The translations under genes and the position numbers were made by a program. Of a stretch of DNA of 64,000 nucleotides, positions 47,359-61,224 are shown piece after piece. The DNA lies in NCBI RefSeq assembly GCF_009914755.1, contig NC_060931.1, one strand, 5' to 3'. The notes beneath the pieces were generated by a model that did no database searches, was not told the origin of the DNA, and saw nothing but the letters and a program-made list of their open reading frames with translations. Source of the stretch: the human T2T-CHM13v2.0 reference genome, Homo sapiens. How positions within the stretch are numbered: the stretch's first letter is position 1; every line of letters begins with the position of its first letter.

Positions 47359-49217
47359 TTAAAAATAGATAAAAGTGTTGTTGAAGGTTTTGGGGAAAAA
47401 CTAGGGATGGTGTATTCATGCCAACTTCTGAGCCTCTCTTAAAGAATCACTCCTGTAATTATGGTTATGTCCAAGTGGCCTGAGTGCAGGCAAACAGCCC
47501 ACACAGTCATATGCTAAATGGATGGTGTCCTATATTGTCAACATTGTCTTAAATGTTCCGGGGCATACTGCAAGATAGGAAAGCAAGCTGAAAAGCAGGT
47601 TTTAGTCTTTCTCTGCCTTTAGGTCAGTAAAAAATTCACAGAAACATATATTTGTATTCTTCCTTGTGGTGATTTGAAGTGGGGATCATACATATTCAGA
47701 TCAGAAGTCATCTTAAGGTTTGCATTTCTTCAATCACTCATCTGATGCTTGAGCTTCTTCTGTTTTACAGAGATAGTTATTAGTCATAACATTTTTGAAC
47801 TGGAGGGAGTCTCTGAGGACTATTGTTCTCCATCTTTTAACTTCACAGACTGACAAAGTAGACCCATGGTGAGCAGAGATAGAACTGTTATTACAGATGG
47901 CTGTTAATGTCACTGTCTCTGACCAAGTTTTAAATGCTGGTTTCTGTGGTCTCTTGCTATTACTGCCTCCCGTAGAGTTGTAATCAGCCTAATATGGCTC
48001 TGTCTTGGATTCCATTTCAGGAAGCCAGTTTATGAAGACACCAAAGGACTTGAATACAAAATGGTTTCTTCATCAAGGTCGTTCAAAGGCCATAACACCC
48101 CAGAGAATGACATGACAGCGAAACTCAGATTAATATCTCAGGCTGGATCTTGGCAGAGGAGGGACTAAGTAAATCAGATGAGGATGGTAGCTACATAGAG
48201 CAGGCTTTAAGAAAAAAAGCTACAGGAAAAGATAAACTACTTTTTGTTGTTGCTGAATTACCCCCATTGGCTAAATATGATTCTTAAATCTGATAGTTTT
48301 GTAACAGCTTATTTTTTTTCAGATTTCTATATTTCTGTGATCCTCCTACTTTCATGTCTGATATGTATCCTAAAGTTTCTTACTGATATAAAATTTCAAT
48401 CTGCAAGATGAAAACTAAGTCAGCAAACAAAATAAGCATTTTCCCTAAAACCACTTTATGTTATTTCAGCAGAAATGATTTAAGACATGCAATGAAATAT
48501 AAAGTAGGCAGCCCAAACAGACATTTTTAAAATGTCTGCCTTTTACATTTCTTTTTGAATTGAAAAAGAACATATGTTAATTAAATTTACTTTCAGATGA
48601 CAATTGTGAAATTAAAATTACTTAAAACATTTCAAATTTCATGACTGACTTATTCATGGAAGAAAATGCTGAATGGTTCTTTCAAGTAAGAGAGAGGAGG
48701 GCATTTAAACTAGTTCGATAGTGTAACCATAGGATTTTGTGATTAACATTTTTTTCACAATTTATTTAAGATGTTAAATATTTGTAGCTAGTCACAAGTA
48801 AAAGGATATGCAGGCAGATCTTAATTGTCTGGGCCTATGGGCCTTAATTCTCTGACTCTCAGATAATCAGATCCATGGATCATTCTCTCATTCTTCCTGC
48901 AGCAGTAAAACCTCAGGAAGAGAACAGGTGGGGTGTGCCATCAGGGCTGATAAGCACTTCTCACCAAGACAAGGAGGATCAAGATGTCAAATTTTCAATC
49001 TGATGCATGTAATTTTTATCACCTGGGTCATTTCCTTTGTTTGCACTTGATTCATCCAGAAAAGCAAGATATTTTGCAGTTGTTATTGTGCCATATATTA
49101 ATAGAATTCACATGATCAACTGGAAAAATAGTCAACCTTTTGTTTTCTTTACTTTGTGACTAGCTTTAGTGAGAGCGACCTTATTGAGATTCCAGCTTTG
49201 TAATGAACCAAGTCTCA

Positions 49218-49966
<749 letters not shown>

Positions 49967-51047
49967 TCATAATGATATCCAGGGCTTAGGAAAGAAATCC
50001 TCTGGGGGAATATTTGCCTATCCAAGCACAAATCGATGTGAATGTATATCCATTTAACCTCACTGGTATATACAACCAAACTGGATAAATCACATCACTC
50101 TCTCCCAAAGTCATATTTAAATGTTGATTTTCCAAGTTAACAGTTTATGTTAATCAAAATAACCAAAATATTTCCAAATCCCTACCTCATATCTTGCAGT
50201 GCAGAAACAGTTCACAGGTATATAACCAAAACCAAGCATAACCCTCTATTATTTATATAATTTAAACAATAAATATGTTTTCTTTCCTAAAACTCTAAAT
50301 TAGAGAGGAGTTTCCATTTACCCTGTTCACTTAACCACTCCTCCTTCATGTTTAGAGCAATGCTCTGGGGTATAACTTCAGAGATTCCAGCACAGCAATA
50401 TCATAGTCTGTTTAAATGTGGGGTAACCTGGGCCAGATAAAGCCTGGATAAAAGAATGCAAAAATATTCCTAGGTTTCATTTCAAGAAGTGAATTTAAAC
50501 CTCTCCTTCTTTTTAGAAAAGCAGTCAAATGACCAAAGAAAAAAGAAGGAAGTGGAAGCAGAGATGGGGTTAACTAAAATGCCACAGTAGTTGGCTCCGG
50601 GCCAATGACTATGAAACAGACCTCACAATTTTCCAGGGAAACTGCAATTACAAATCTCACTCCTGGTGGGAAGCAATGACCGTTACTGCTTTTTCAGAAA
50701 AAAAAAAAACTTTTTAAGAAGTAGCGCTAAATGGAACGAGTATTGGCACCTGCTTGGTGAGATTATTTTGGGCATTAAATGAGTCAATAACGTGTAATGT
50801 GTTTAACACTTGCTCAGACACCTAGCAACACCTGTTTACTGCTATTATCATTTCTGTTATTACTATAAATGCAAACATCATCGAAGGCTCCCTTTGTAAG
50901 CAAAATCTTTTTTTTTTTCTTTATGGGGTGCAGTGCTCTCCGCTAGCTCCTAAAATTCCTATGGGAGAAACCAGACTTTTTCTGAAGAAAATGTTTCCCC
51001 CATTCTTTCCCACCTCCTACAAGCCTCAGACGCCCCTGGCAGCCTTA

Positions 51048-51785
<738 letters not shown>

Positions 51786-51874
51786 TCAGCCTTCGGGGCG
51801 CGAACCCGCCCGGGCAGCTCCAGTCCCAGACTCCGCAGCTCGGAGCGCAGCCAGCCACGGCCATTGCGGGACCC

Positions 51875-51999
51875 TATTTATCCCGACACCTCCCCTGACG
51901 TGGGCTCGGAACGCTCCCTTGGCAGCTGCAGCCGCGGCGCGGGCTCCCCCTCGGCCGCCCCACCCCCAGGCCCGTCGGTGCAGAAGCGGTGACATCACC
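51875..51999 (-). promoter_or_regulatory. SFRP4: SFRP4 core promoter: TATA-like ATAAATA (51881-51875), CRE-like TGACGTGG (51896-51903), GC box, TGACATCA (51990-51997)
   Basis: Motifs read directly. The TATA-like element is the only AT-rich stretch in the GC-rich context and implies a TSS near 51850. Confidence 0.65.
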
Positions 52000-54044
52000 C
52001 CCTCTGGGCCGCAGCCCAGGGCTGGAAGCCTGCTTTCCCCCTAAAGTCCCTCCTTTTTAGTCTGGCCAGTCTTTTTTCTTCGGACCAAGAAAAAGAACCT
52101 CTGGCAGTTGTTTTCGACACCGGATACAAGAGGGTGCGGGAGAGAATTTCAAGAGAGAGAAAGACACTCTTTGGCTGAAAACTGAACTTTGCTCCCTCTG
52201 CCTTAGAGTTTTTCCAAGTATAGAGTTGGGGGAAAATAGGAGCTTCTGCTGCCCTCTAATTCTGAAATATATTTGCTTTCTCCGGTAGGGGGCATGAGGA
52301 GCGCTGAGGACAGTTGGGACAATGTCCTGCAAGGCAGGCGAGAGTGCAGTGAATGTCAGAACAGGAGGGTCACGTTGTATAAATCACTCCCACTCCGCCC
52401 TTAGTTGTGTGGAGTGTGGTTTGTTGTTGTTGTTGCTAGTAGACAGTTTGGGCCGAAATTTTTCCAGTATAACACTTGGTTTGTTTCTGCTCCAGGAAGT
52501 TAACAGAACTGGGGGAAGGTGTGCTAGCATCTTCCAGCTTGAGAAATGTCTTCTAACATTTCCTCTTCCTTCTAACTCCCTGTTCCCCTCTGCAGCATTA
52601 GTGGAACCCAGGAGAAAACATTGGGCACCACAATCTGAAAGGTCTCCCCTGCTCTGATCCTTCATGCCAAAGGATTTCCACCTCAGCAGCCTAAAATCTT
52701 GATTTTTGATGTGCTCAGAGACTGTTGCTTGAGTTGAGTAAGAAGCTGTGTACTATGGGATGCAAGTATGTATGTTTTGCTTTCTCTTTTATCTTACTTG
52801 CATTAGGAAAAGGTAGTCCAATTGCTGGCTCAGCTATCTACAGAAAAGGGAGGATTTATTTATATGAGATTGATGTATATCAATCTTCAGGTGGTAAGAC
52901 TTCTGGTATATGCTATTTATTAGGGCATCAGCAATATGGAAACATGTTCTCTGAATGTTAATCTTTAAAAACATAGTTTAACTTGAATTTAAGGCACATG
53001 GTTTTTCTCTCCAAAGCTTAAACCTACACAATTAGTTTAGTTTTGACTGAGGATTAAAACTAAAGACTAAGGATTAAAACAGCTGAGGAAACAACAAGCA
53101 CAAGTGACATCTATTGGGAATTTACAATGGTCAAGGTATGAAGCTAAGAACTTTAAATGCATTATCTTATTTTTTAGGGAACATGAATTAAACATAGTAA
53201 GTGGAAAGGATAAATGAGACAAATACATTTCAGGATTCATCCAAAGAGTCTGGTTCTTATTTAGGGGAAGCCCAGGGTGTTCTTACACTGCCAAGCCACT
53301 CTAGAAAGGTAATCTAGTTCCTATAGAACCAGTCTCCACCTCCAAAGATGCCAAGCCAGGCTAGTAAAATATCACATGAGGAGGAAAGCCCAGATGACAT
53401 CTCAAGCCATTTCTAGCAGTAAACTCCAATGAGTCTAAACCCTTCACTGGGTGAAAAAGATTTTCAGCTGGAGTTCCTACCTGGGGAGCAAGAGAAAGAG
53501 CTGAACTACCCTACACTTTTCCTATGAATCTGAGCAGGGCAAACTCGGAGAGGGCTCAAATTTCTGCAGCCAGTTTGAACCTGCTGCATCTGTTTAACTA
53601 TGTAAGTACCAAGTCACAAAGTCTTATGGGCTTCCCTGATGTTCTCTGAGGCATGCCCTTTAAGAAAAGGTAAGAGGAAATGAAGAGCCCTTCTTCCTAA
53701 AGCTTTGTGCCTGCCCCATTCGGCCCATTGGTAGTGTCTCTGGTGGTTCGACAGACAGGGGGCAGCAGAGAAGGATGCATCAGGAAAACCTGTCAACTGT
53801 CCCTCCTCTTCGGGACTTCCAGGGAGGCTGTGATTCTAGAACACCCTACTTCAGCATTCAGTCCATTCTTTCCATGCCTTACATTTATTTAACAAGGCTA
53901 GGGAAGTTGCCTCATTCAGTGGCTTCTCTCTGGTGACTCCTTTTGGTCTCCTCAAGTGCCTGTTCTTTGCCCATCCTTTAAATGTCTGGAGCTCTCTGGG
54001 GCTCCATCCTAATCCTTCTTCTCACACTCAACACTCCCCTGAAC

Positions 54045-54290
54045 TCCAGGTTTTCTCACCCCCAACACTTAGGACATTTGGGGCCAGATAATTTTCTCTT
54101 CATTTGGGAGAGGGGAGGTGGCTGTACTGCACATTGTAGGAAGTTTAGTAGCATCCTTGGCCTCTACCCACAAAATGTCAGCGGTAGCCTCCTCCCCATC
54201 TACATTGTGATCATCAAAAATGTCTCCAGATATTGCCAAATGTTTCTTTGCTGGGGAGGGGGATGTGAAATTTCCCCAGGAACCACTGTT
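54045..54290. mobile_element. MER20 within L2-like sequence
   Basis: GACATTTGGGGCCAGATAATT...AGCATCCTTGGCCTCTACCCAC...AAAAATGTCTCCAGATATTGCCAAATGT. Confidence 0.8.
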
Positions 54291-54971
54291 CTACTCTTCG
54301 GCTTCATTTACCACCTATGTACCTATGGCTTCCTAATCCAAAAGCTCTGCTGGTTTCCAGAAGTATTTATCCAGCTGTCCCTTGGATATTTCCACCTTAA
54401 TACTCCACAGTCAGCTCAAGATCAACCAATCCTAAAATGAATTGATCATCTCTCCTCACTCAGGACTGGATTCCCAGTGGCCCAAACCAGAAACCTCTCT
54501 CTCTGAGTTGAAATGCTTCTCTACAGCTCCCACCTGTCTTCCACCCTTTCCATGACCACTCCCGCTGCCTTAGCTGAGTCAGGATCATCTCTTTCCAGGA
54601 TGATAACAGTAGCTTCCTCCTCTCCCTGCCTTCCCTCTGGCCCTACCCTTTCTGTTGTCTAAGTGGGCTTTCTAAAGCATATGCCTGATGATGCTCCTCC
54701 CTAGCTTTACATTGATTGATAGTTCCCACAGTCCTCAATATCAATGACAAATTCCTTAAAATGAGTGCTATGGCTTCAGAGTACTCCTCTACCTTGTCCT
54801 TGAACCCCAGCATTATTCTTTTCTTGTCCTTATGCCCTTCATTCAGGAATGTTATCTCCCACTTTCACCTGGCTCAATCTTAATCATCCTTGAAATGCAG
54901 TTCAAATGGAAAGACGCTATACATTTTTTTAGTTCCTTTCTTTTTTCTTGATTTCATACTTTATCACTATA

Positions 54972-55134
<163 letters not shown>

Positions 55135-55689
55135 TAGATCCTAACATTACATAACTATAAACCCAATTAACCTTATTCTTGAAGAAGCGAAACCCCCCAG
55201 ACACCCAAACCACTCGGCTGGTGGTATTGCCAGGCGATGGGAGGAGCAGTCTCACTGCAATGTGACCTTGAGGCTATGTCCATGAGTCCTAGGCCCAATG
55301 CAAGGGGCTGTCTACTAGTCTCCTAGACTCTTCACTGGGAATGGGAGCTGAGGAGCGGCCATGATGAATAGCTAGTATCATTTCTTCAGGAAAAGACTCG
55401 TCTTTCCACTTTTAATTTGGAGGAAGAAGTTTGCAATTTTGTCGAGGGGCAATGTAGGCGGGGCAAACGTTTGCACAGCAAACGCAGCAGCTCTGCTTTT
55501 CCTATCTTGACCTTGAACTTGCCCCTCCCTGTGTGATTACCTGTTGAACACTGAAGTTAGTGGAGAAACACACTTCTCAGCACAGTCTCCCCCCATCCCC
55601 CCTCTTAAAACACGATGCCTCCCAGGATGCTAGTGGCACCACTGCCACTGCATTTCCTGTTGGCAGCAGTGAGCAGTGAAAACCGAAGC

Positions 55690-55740
55690 GGCAGAAGGCA
55701 GTGGCAGCAGGCAGTGGCAGCAGGCAGTGGCCCAGGCAGA
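55690..55740. repeat. 13-bp imperfect tandem repeat (AGGCAGTGGCAGC), about 3 copies
   Basis: GGCAGAAGGCAGTGGCAGCAGGCAGTGGCAGCAGGCAGTGGCCCAGGCAGA. Confidence 0.85.
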
Positions 55741-55974
55741 AATAGCTCCCGCGCGATTCACTGGAGCCTTCCCCGGGCCCTGGTCCCGGCTACCGGGACT
55801 CGCGCGTCCGGATCTCAAAAGCGGCAGAGGCCACCGAAGGGACAGGAAGCACTTTGGTCCAGACCACACTCCCGGCACAGTGCGGAAAGAGCCGGCGGGA
55901 GCCACTCTGATCCCGGACGCCTCAGCGCCCCCTTGGGCTTGGGCTTGCCCTCGGGCCGGGGAAGGCTGACCGCG

Positions 55975-56243
55975 ATGCCAGGACGCGCTCCCCTCCGCAC
56001 CGTCCCGGGCGCCCTGGGTGCCTGGCTGCTGGGCGGCCTCTGGGCCTGGACCCTGTGCGGCCTGTGCAGCCTGGGGGCGGTGGGAGCCCCGCGCCCGTGC
56101 CAGGCGCCGCAGCAGTGGGAGGGGCGCCAGGTTATGTACCAGCAAAGTAGCGGGCGCAACAGCCGCGCCCTGCTCTCCTACGACGGGCTCAACCAGCGCG
56201 TGCGGGTGCTGGACGAGAGGAAGGCGCTGATCCCCTGCAAGAG
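55975..56243 (+). CDS. EPDR1: EPDR1 (ependymin-related 1) exon 1 coding part: signal peptide and start of the ependymin domain; later exons lie outside the window
   Basis: Translates MPGRAPLRTVPGALGAWLLGGLWAWTLCGLCSLGAVGAPRPCQAPQQWEGRQ...LSYDGLNQRVRVLDERKALIPCK. 269 nt. Donor AG|GTACAG. Confidence 0.95.
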
Positions 56244-57494
56244 GTACAGGTCATCGGCCCGCGGGGCAGGAGTAGGGAGCCGCGCGGGCATGGGGAGGGC
56301 GAGGTCGCAGAGGCCTGCGCCCTGTAACTCTTTCCGGCCCCTTGCAGCTCCTCCCTTCTCCCAGAGAGATCTTTCGCGAGGAGGGTCGCTTGGGGATAGC
56401 ATGGTCCGGGACTGGGAGGGGCGCTGCGCCCACCGAGGGCGGCCTGCTGGCGGGGGACTCAGTAACACCCAGCGAGGCGGTGGCAGGTAAAGAAGGGACC
56501 CATCCAGGGCGGGATCAAGCTGCAGAGTGCCCCATGCCCAGGTTCGCCCCTGTTCTCACGCTGCTGAGTCAGGCTCTGGGCTCATGGAGCCCCCTGCAGT
56601 CTAGGGCGTGTCTTCTGCGCTATCTCATTTCTTTCTAGAGACATCTGCTAGAGAGGCACGCAGAATATGTATTTTCTAAGAAATACTTTTTGTATTTTAA
56701 AAGAATATGGCAAGATTACAAACGGTATGGGAAAGTGATAAAAAGAAAATTTCACCCACAAACTTAGCAAATTGTTACAGCATTAAAATTTTGGTCTACT
56801 CCTTTTAAGTTTTTTGTTTATTTTAAAGCAAATTTTACATACTATGATCAAAAGCCATACGTTATCTGAATCTTTTTTTAACTTAACATTGTCCCTTATA
56901 TGTTCTTATTTGCCATTTTATTAGCTTGCCTCCTATTTTTAATGGCTGCACAGTATCGCTTACAGGGGCAAAGCTGTAAGTTTCTTTTAAGTATTGGTCT
57001 GACCATTCACCTTTTCACATCTGTTGTGACAAAGGAAACCCTCTTTTTGAGATGTCATCTCGCTTGTGGCCCCTTTAAGACCTGATTTCTAATTTGGGAT
57101 CACCACCTGTCTCCCTTCCAGAGCCCTGCCGTTCCCCCTAAGTGTGTTCCTCTCACTGGCCTCTCTTTATGGCATTTGCATCATTAGGAGTTGCAAAGTG
57201 AATTTCCATGGTTTGAAACGCCAATGGACTGTAAGATCTATAGCAAAAGGGCACCATTAGTTTATAGAACAAAACCAAACTTGATAATATCATTTATTCT
57301 AAAAGCATTTGTTCAAGTATTAGGCGACTTGAAGAAAGTATGGAAAGGGCAGACCCTTTCAAACAATATCAAGGGTGCAAAATAATGCATTATGAAATGC
57401 AGCACAGAGCAGCACAGTCATCATGGTGGACTGGGAATTGATTCGAAGTCTTTCAAGAACATGAATGTTTTCAGTAGGGTCTTGAAGGGCACAG

Positions 57495-58930
57495 TAATAA
57501 TAATAACAACTAACAGTTGCATACTTATTATATATGAGGCATGACACTGAGGACTTTACATCTATTATATAATTTAGTTTAAATCTCACAATAACTTGAC
57601 AGTATAGGTTTTATGATCTCCATTTTACAGACAATAACTCTGAGGTCTAGGGAGATTAAGCAACTTTCTTAAGATCACACAGCTAATGCTTGAGGAAGCT
57701 GGGGGGGGGGGTTCTGACGCCTATGGTATACCAGGTTCACATTCATTCATTTATTTAACAAGCATTTGTTCATGTTAGGCACTGTGTATAAACAGAATGG
57801 CTCCTGGCTTTCAGGGAGGTCAGAGTCTGGAGGTGAAGTCACATAAATAAAAAAAATTTCCATACAGTGGGATGAGGGGTGAGAGCTGGGGTTGTGATGA
57901 GAAGAACTCAGTTGGGCACCTAACCCAGGCTTCCTGGAGGAGCTGAAATGAGAGTGAGTTCCAAAACACCTGTACAGGTTTTCCAGGGAGATGTGGAGAG
58001 ACTGCTGGTCCAGGGGGATGCAGGTGTATCCATGCCTGGTATGTGTGTGCCATCCCGGAGTTTTTAGAGCTGAGTAAATTCCAAAAACCACAGACCACTC
58101 ACTATTAGGGCTGAAGCCCAGGACATGGCGAAGGGTCATACTGAGGAGTTTTAAACAGTGGAATTTGTGATTAGATTATATAAAGATCCCTGGATGTGTC
58201 CTTAAGAATGCATTCCCAAGATGTGGACACAAAATGGAGCCATGTGGAGCAAGAGTGGAAGTGAGAACACAATCTTGGAGATTGTCGTAGTGGTCCAGGT
58301 GAGAGATGGGTAGTAGCGATGGAAATGGTGAGCAGGGGGCAAGTGAATGCATTAGGCAAGTATTGAAGAGGTTCAACTGAGGAAAATGTACATGATTGGA
58401 CGGGTTGTGGCAGGCGTGGTGAGGGAGAGGAAAACGTTAAAGAGGCCCCCATTTTTGGCTTGTGAAGCTAATGGTACTGATGGCATAGGGTAGATGGTGA
58501 TGCTGTTCCTTGCAACAGGGCTTGACTTTGTGCACTTCTAATTAAGGGTGCATTGGTATCCTATGTAATTTTATGTGAAGACTTGTACAGTAGTGGCGCA
58601 TTGATGAATAGTCATATTGAAGATGGACTGGGATGGCCGAGAGCACACTGCTGAAGCAGAGGAGTGTGTCAAAGAGAAGGATAAGGGTTCATCTCTCCAA
58701 AGGTAGTATTTTTTTTTTTACAATTAAAAAAATTAGACTTTAGAGTCAGACAAATCTGGATCTGAATCCAGACTCTGAATATGGTTCTTTGGGTAAGTTA
58801 ATAAAGCTTTCTGAGTCTCAGTATCCTCATTTACAAAATGTGAATACTTATAATGCCTAATTTATTGGATTATTATGGGAATTAAATGAGCTCAAGTGTA
58901 TAAAACATACAGTACAATGTCTGATAGTAC
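57495..58930. mobile_element. MIR and L2 fragments in EPDR1 intron 1
   Basis: MIR core CCATTTTACAGA...GAGATTAAGCAACTT...AAGATCACACAGCTA, L2 tail CATTCATTCATTTATTTAACAAGCATT, and a second MIR at about 58735-58930. Confidence 0.7.
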
Positions 58931-61224
58931 GCACAAGATGCTCTGTTCATGGCCAAGGTTGGTCCCATCGCTACCACTATCATCATTATCCTGGTAAAGT
59001 TACCATAGCCCAGAGACTTGCTGCCAGCCCTTTGGGCTCAGAAACTTGATCCAGCAGCACACACAGACCCTTCCTTTGGGAACAACCTTCGAGTAAGGAA
59101 ACTCAAATGCTAAACCTGTCTACTTCAATGAGTCTTATTGCTGGCATGAGGACCAGCATTCTCAAATCCACCAGACTAGGTCATTCTCTCCCTGTAGTCA
59201 GAACTATGTGGGGAGCCAAATTATCATCAGGCAGTTGTGAGCAAAGAGTTGGAGCAAATTCATTGAGCAAACATCTAATGATTGCCTGCCCTAGGTTAGG
59301 CTGTATGCTCAATGTGGAGTTTTCCATCATGAATAAGACAGGCCAGCCTGGGGTAAGGTTTAATGGTAATCAGGCAAAGGCAAAGTGATGCATTGATTTT
59401 CACAATAGAGATGACTTGGTGGTGGTTCTGTGCTACCCCAACTGTGCTGTTCCTGACCCCTTCCACTCAGAATGGACCCTTGGTGAGTACTGCTCAAGTC
59501 TGTCTGAGCAACCCTTCTTCCATGACTCCATGACTGACTAATATAGCCTTTAGATGTGTGTTTTATACCTTTAGTGGAGTCACAGCCAACTCTTGCTGGC
59601 TTAGAAGCATTTTTGTCCCTTTGCGGTGATTTCTCATTCCTCTGCCCTAATCCAATAGGTGCTGGTTTCACAGTTAAACTTCTAAAAGACATTGTTTTCC
59701 CTTTCTTTCCGAGTTCTTGGCAAGGTTCTTTCTGACAGTCACATCGCTGGCCCTAAGTCAGATGTGGAAAAGAATGTTTAATGCATAAACACATTTTTAA
59801 GCTCTTTAAGTGTAGATTTGTTGGAACAAACTCAGAAACTTTTTCAGGTATTAACAGTCTGGCCAAGCAACCAGATGTTATTTGAAGAAAATATGGATGA
59901 GTTGTCTCTTCATATTTATGAGTAAGTTGAGAAGTAAGTTTTAGAATTGGATCAACTTCTTAAGATTTTCATTTTGCATCCAGATAGTTATGGAAAATCC
60001 CATTGATAGTTACTGTGGAATGACTAGGATTTTCCAGGCTCTGTTTTCCCTGAGATGATGGAAAAGATTAAACAACTTTACAAGCTTCAGATAAGACAAG
60101 CCTGAGCAGCAAATGGGAAATATTAGTAATTGATACCATTTTATTTTCTAATTCCAACTGTCTTTTCTGACTCCTTGATTAAATTCACAAGTATTTATTT
60201 GAAAGACTGAAGGAAATCAAGAAGATGATTTTCATATTTCAGGCAGCATGTTGAACTTTATAGGGGAAGCAGCGTTGATACACAATGAACCCTCTCAGGC
60301 CACCAGTAACTATAGGCTCCCCCTTACAAAATGGTGGCTTGGGTGTTGGAATCAATGAAGCTCTTAATGCAGAGTGAGCAGAGAGGCAGTAAAACAATAC
60401 GCACAGTCTGGTATCTTGGAATATTATTTCATCACCAGTCGTACATGTTCTATTAAGGATTTGTATTTGTAAAACATGAAAAATATGTCACAAATGGGGC
60501 AGCAGGTGGATTCTTATTCAAATTCTGATTAATTCATGTCTGCTTCTCTTGATTCTCCCAGAGCATATTATTTCTTGGAGAAGAGAATAGCATTAACCTT
60601 TTTTTTAAACAGAGAATCAGCCTCCTGTAGTGGAGAGAGCAGGGGCATTCATGTTAGACCATGATGGAGTGACAACCATGGCTTCTAATCCTGCCTTCAC
60701 CCCAATAAGGTCCTCAACATTGCAGAACCTCTGTGTTTTTCATCTTTTAATTTAATTTGAATGATGCCTACAATGTTGATACTAAATCACTTTTAGGCTT
60801 TCATTTGTTAAATGCTAGGTACAGATAGTATTAAATGATATCCTGAAGGCACCAATTGTACTTTTATTATATCAGGCTGATTCACTGTTTCTAATGCAAT
60901 GAACTTGACACAGATTTTAAATTTTTTCTCAATCTGTCCCATTGTGTAGACAAATTAATTCAAAGTTCTTTTTCTTCCTTCTCTTTTTCATCTAAGCCTG
61001 TGCTTATGAGTAGAAAAAGAGAAGAGGCTACCTTGAAATGCCTCGGGCCCAAACTCAGAAGGCTCTGCACTCAACTGAGCCTCCCTTCCTACTAAGAATG
61101 GAATAGTGTTGCTTATAGGGGTGTTGGTCCAAGTATCAGCTGTGGATGATTAATTCCCAGGGCTGCTATCACCTAAGGTAACTTCAGTAATCTTATGTGT
61201 TTGGAAAGGAGGATGAGGATTATT

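Larger units (their letters stand above)
55680..56510. promoter_or_regulatory. EPDR1: EPDR1 CpG island / promoter
   Basis: GC- and CpG-rich block overlapping exon 1. Confidence 0.9.

Noticed and set aside
55630-56638. Several ORFs overlapping EPDR1 exon 1 on both strands
   Set aside because: Same CpG-island artefact. Only the frame continuous with the ependymin domain is supported.
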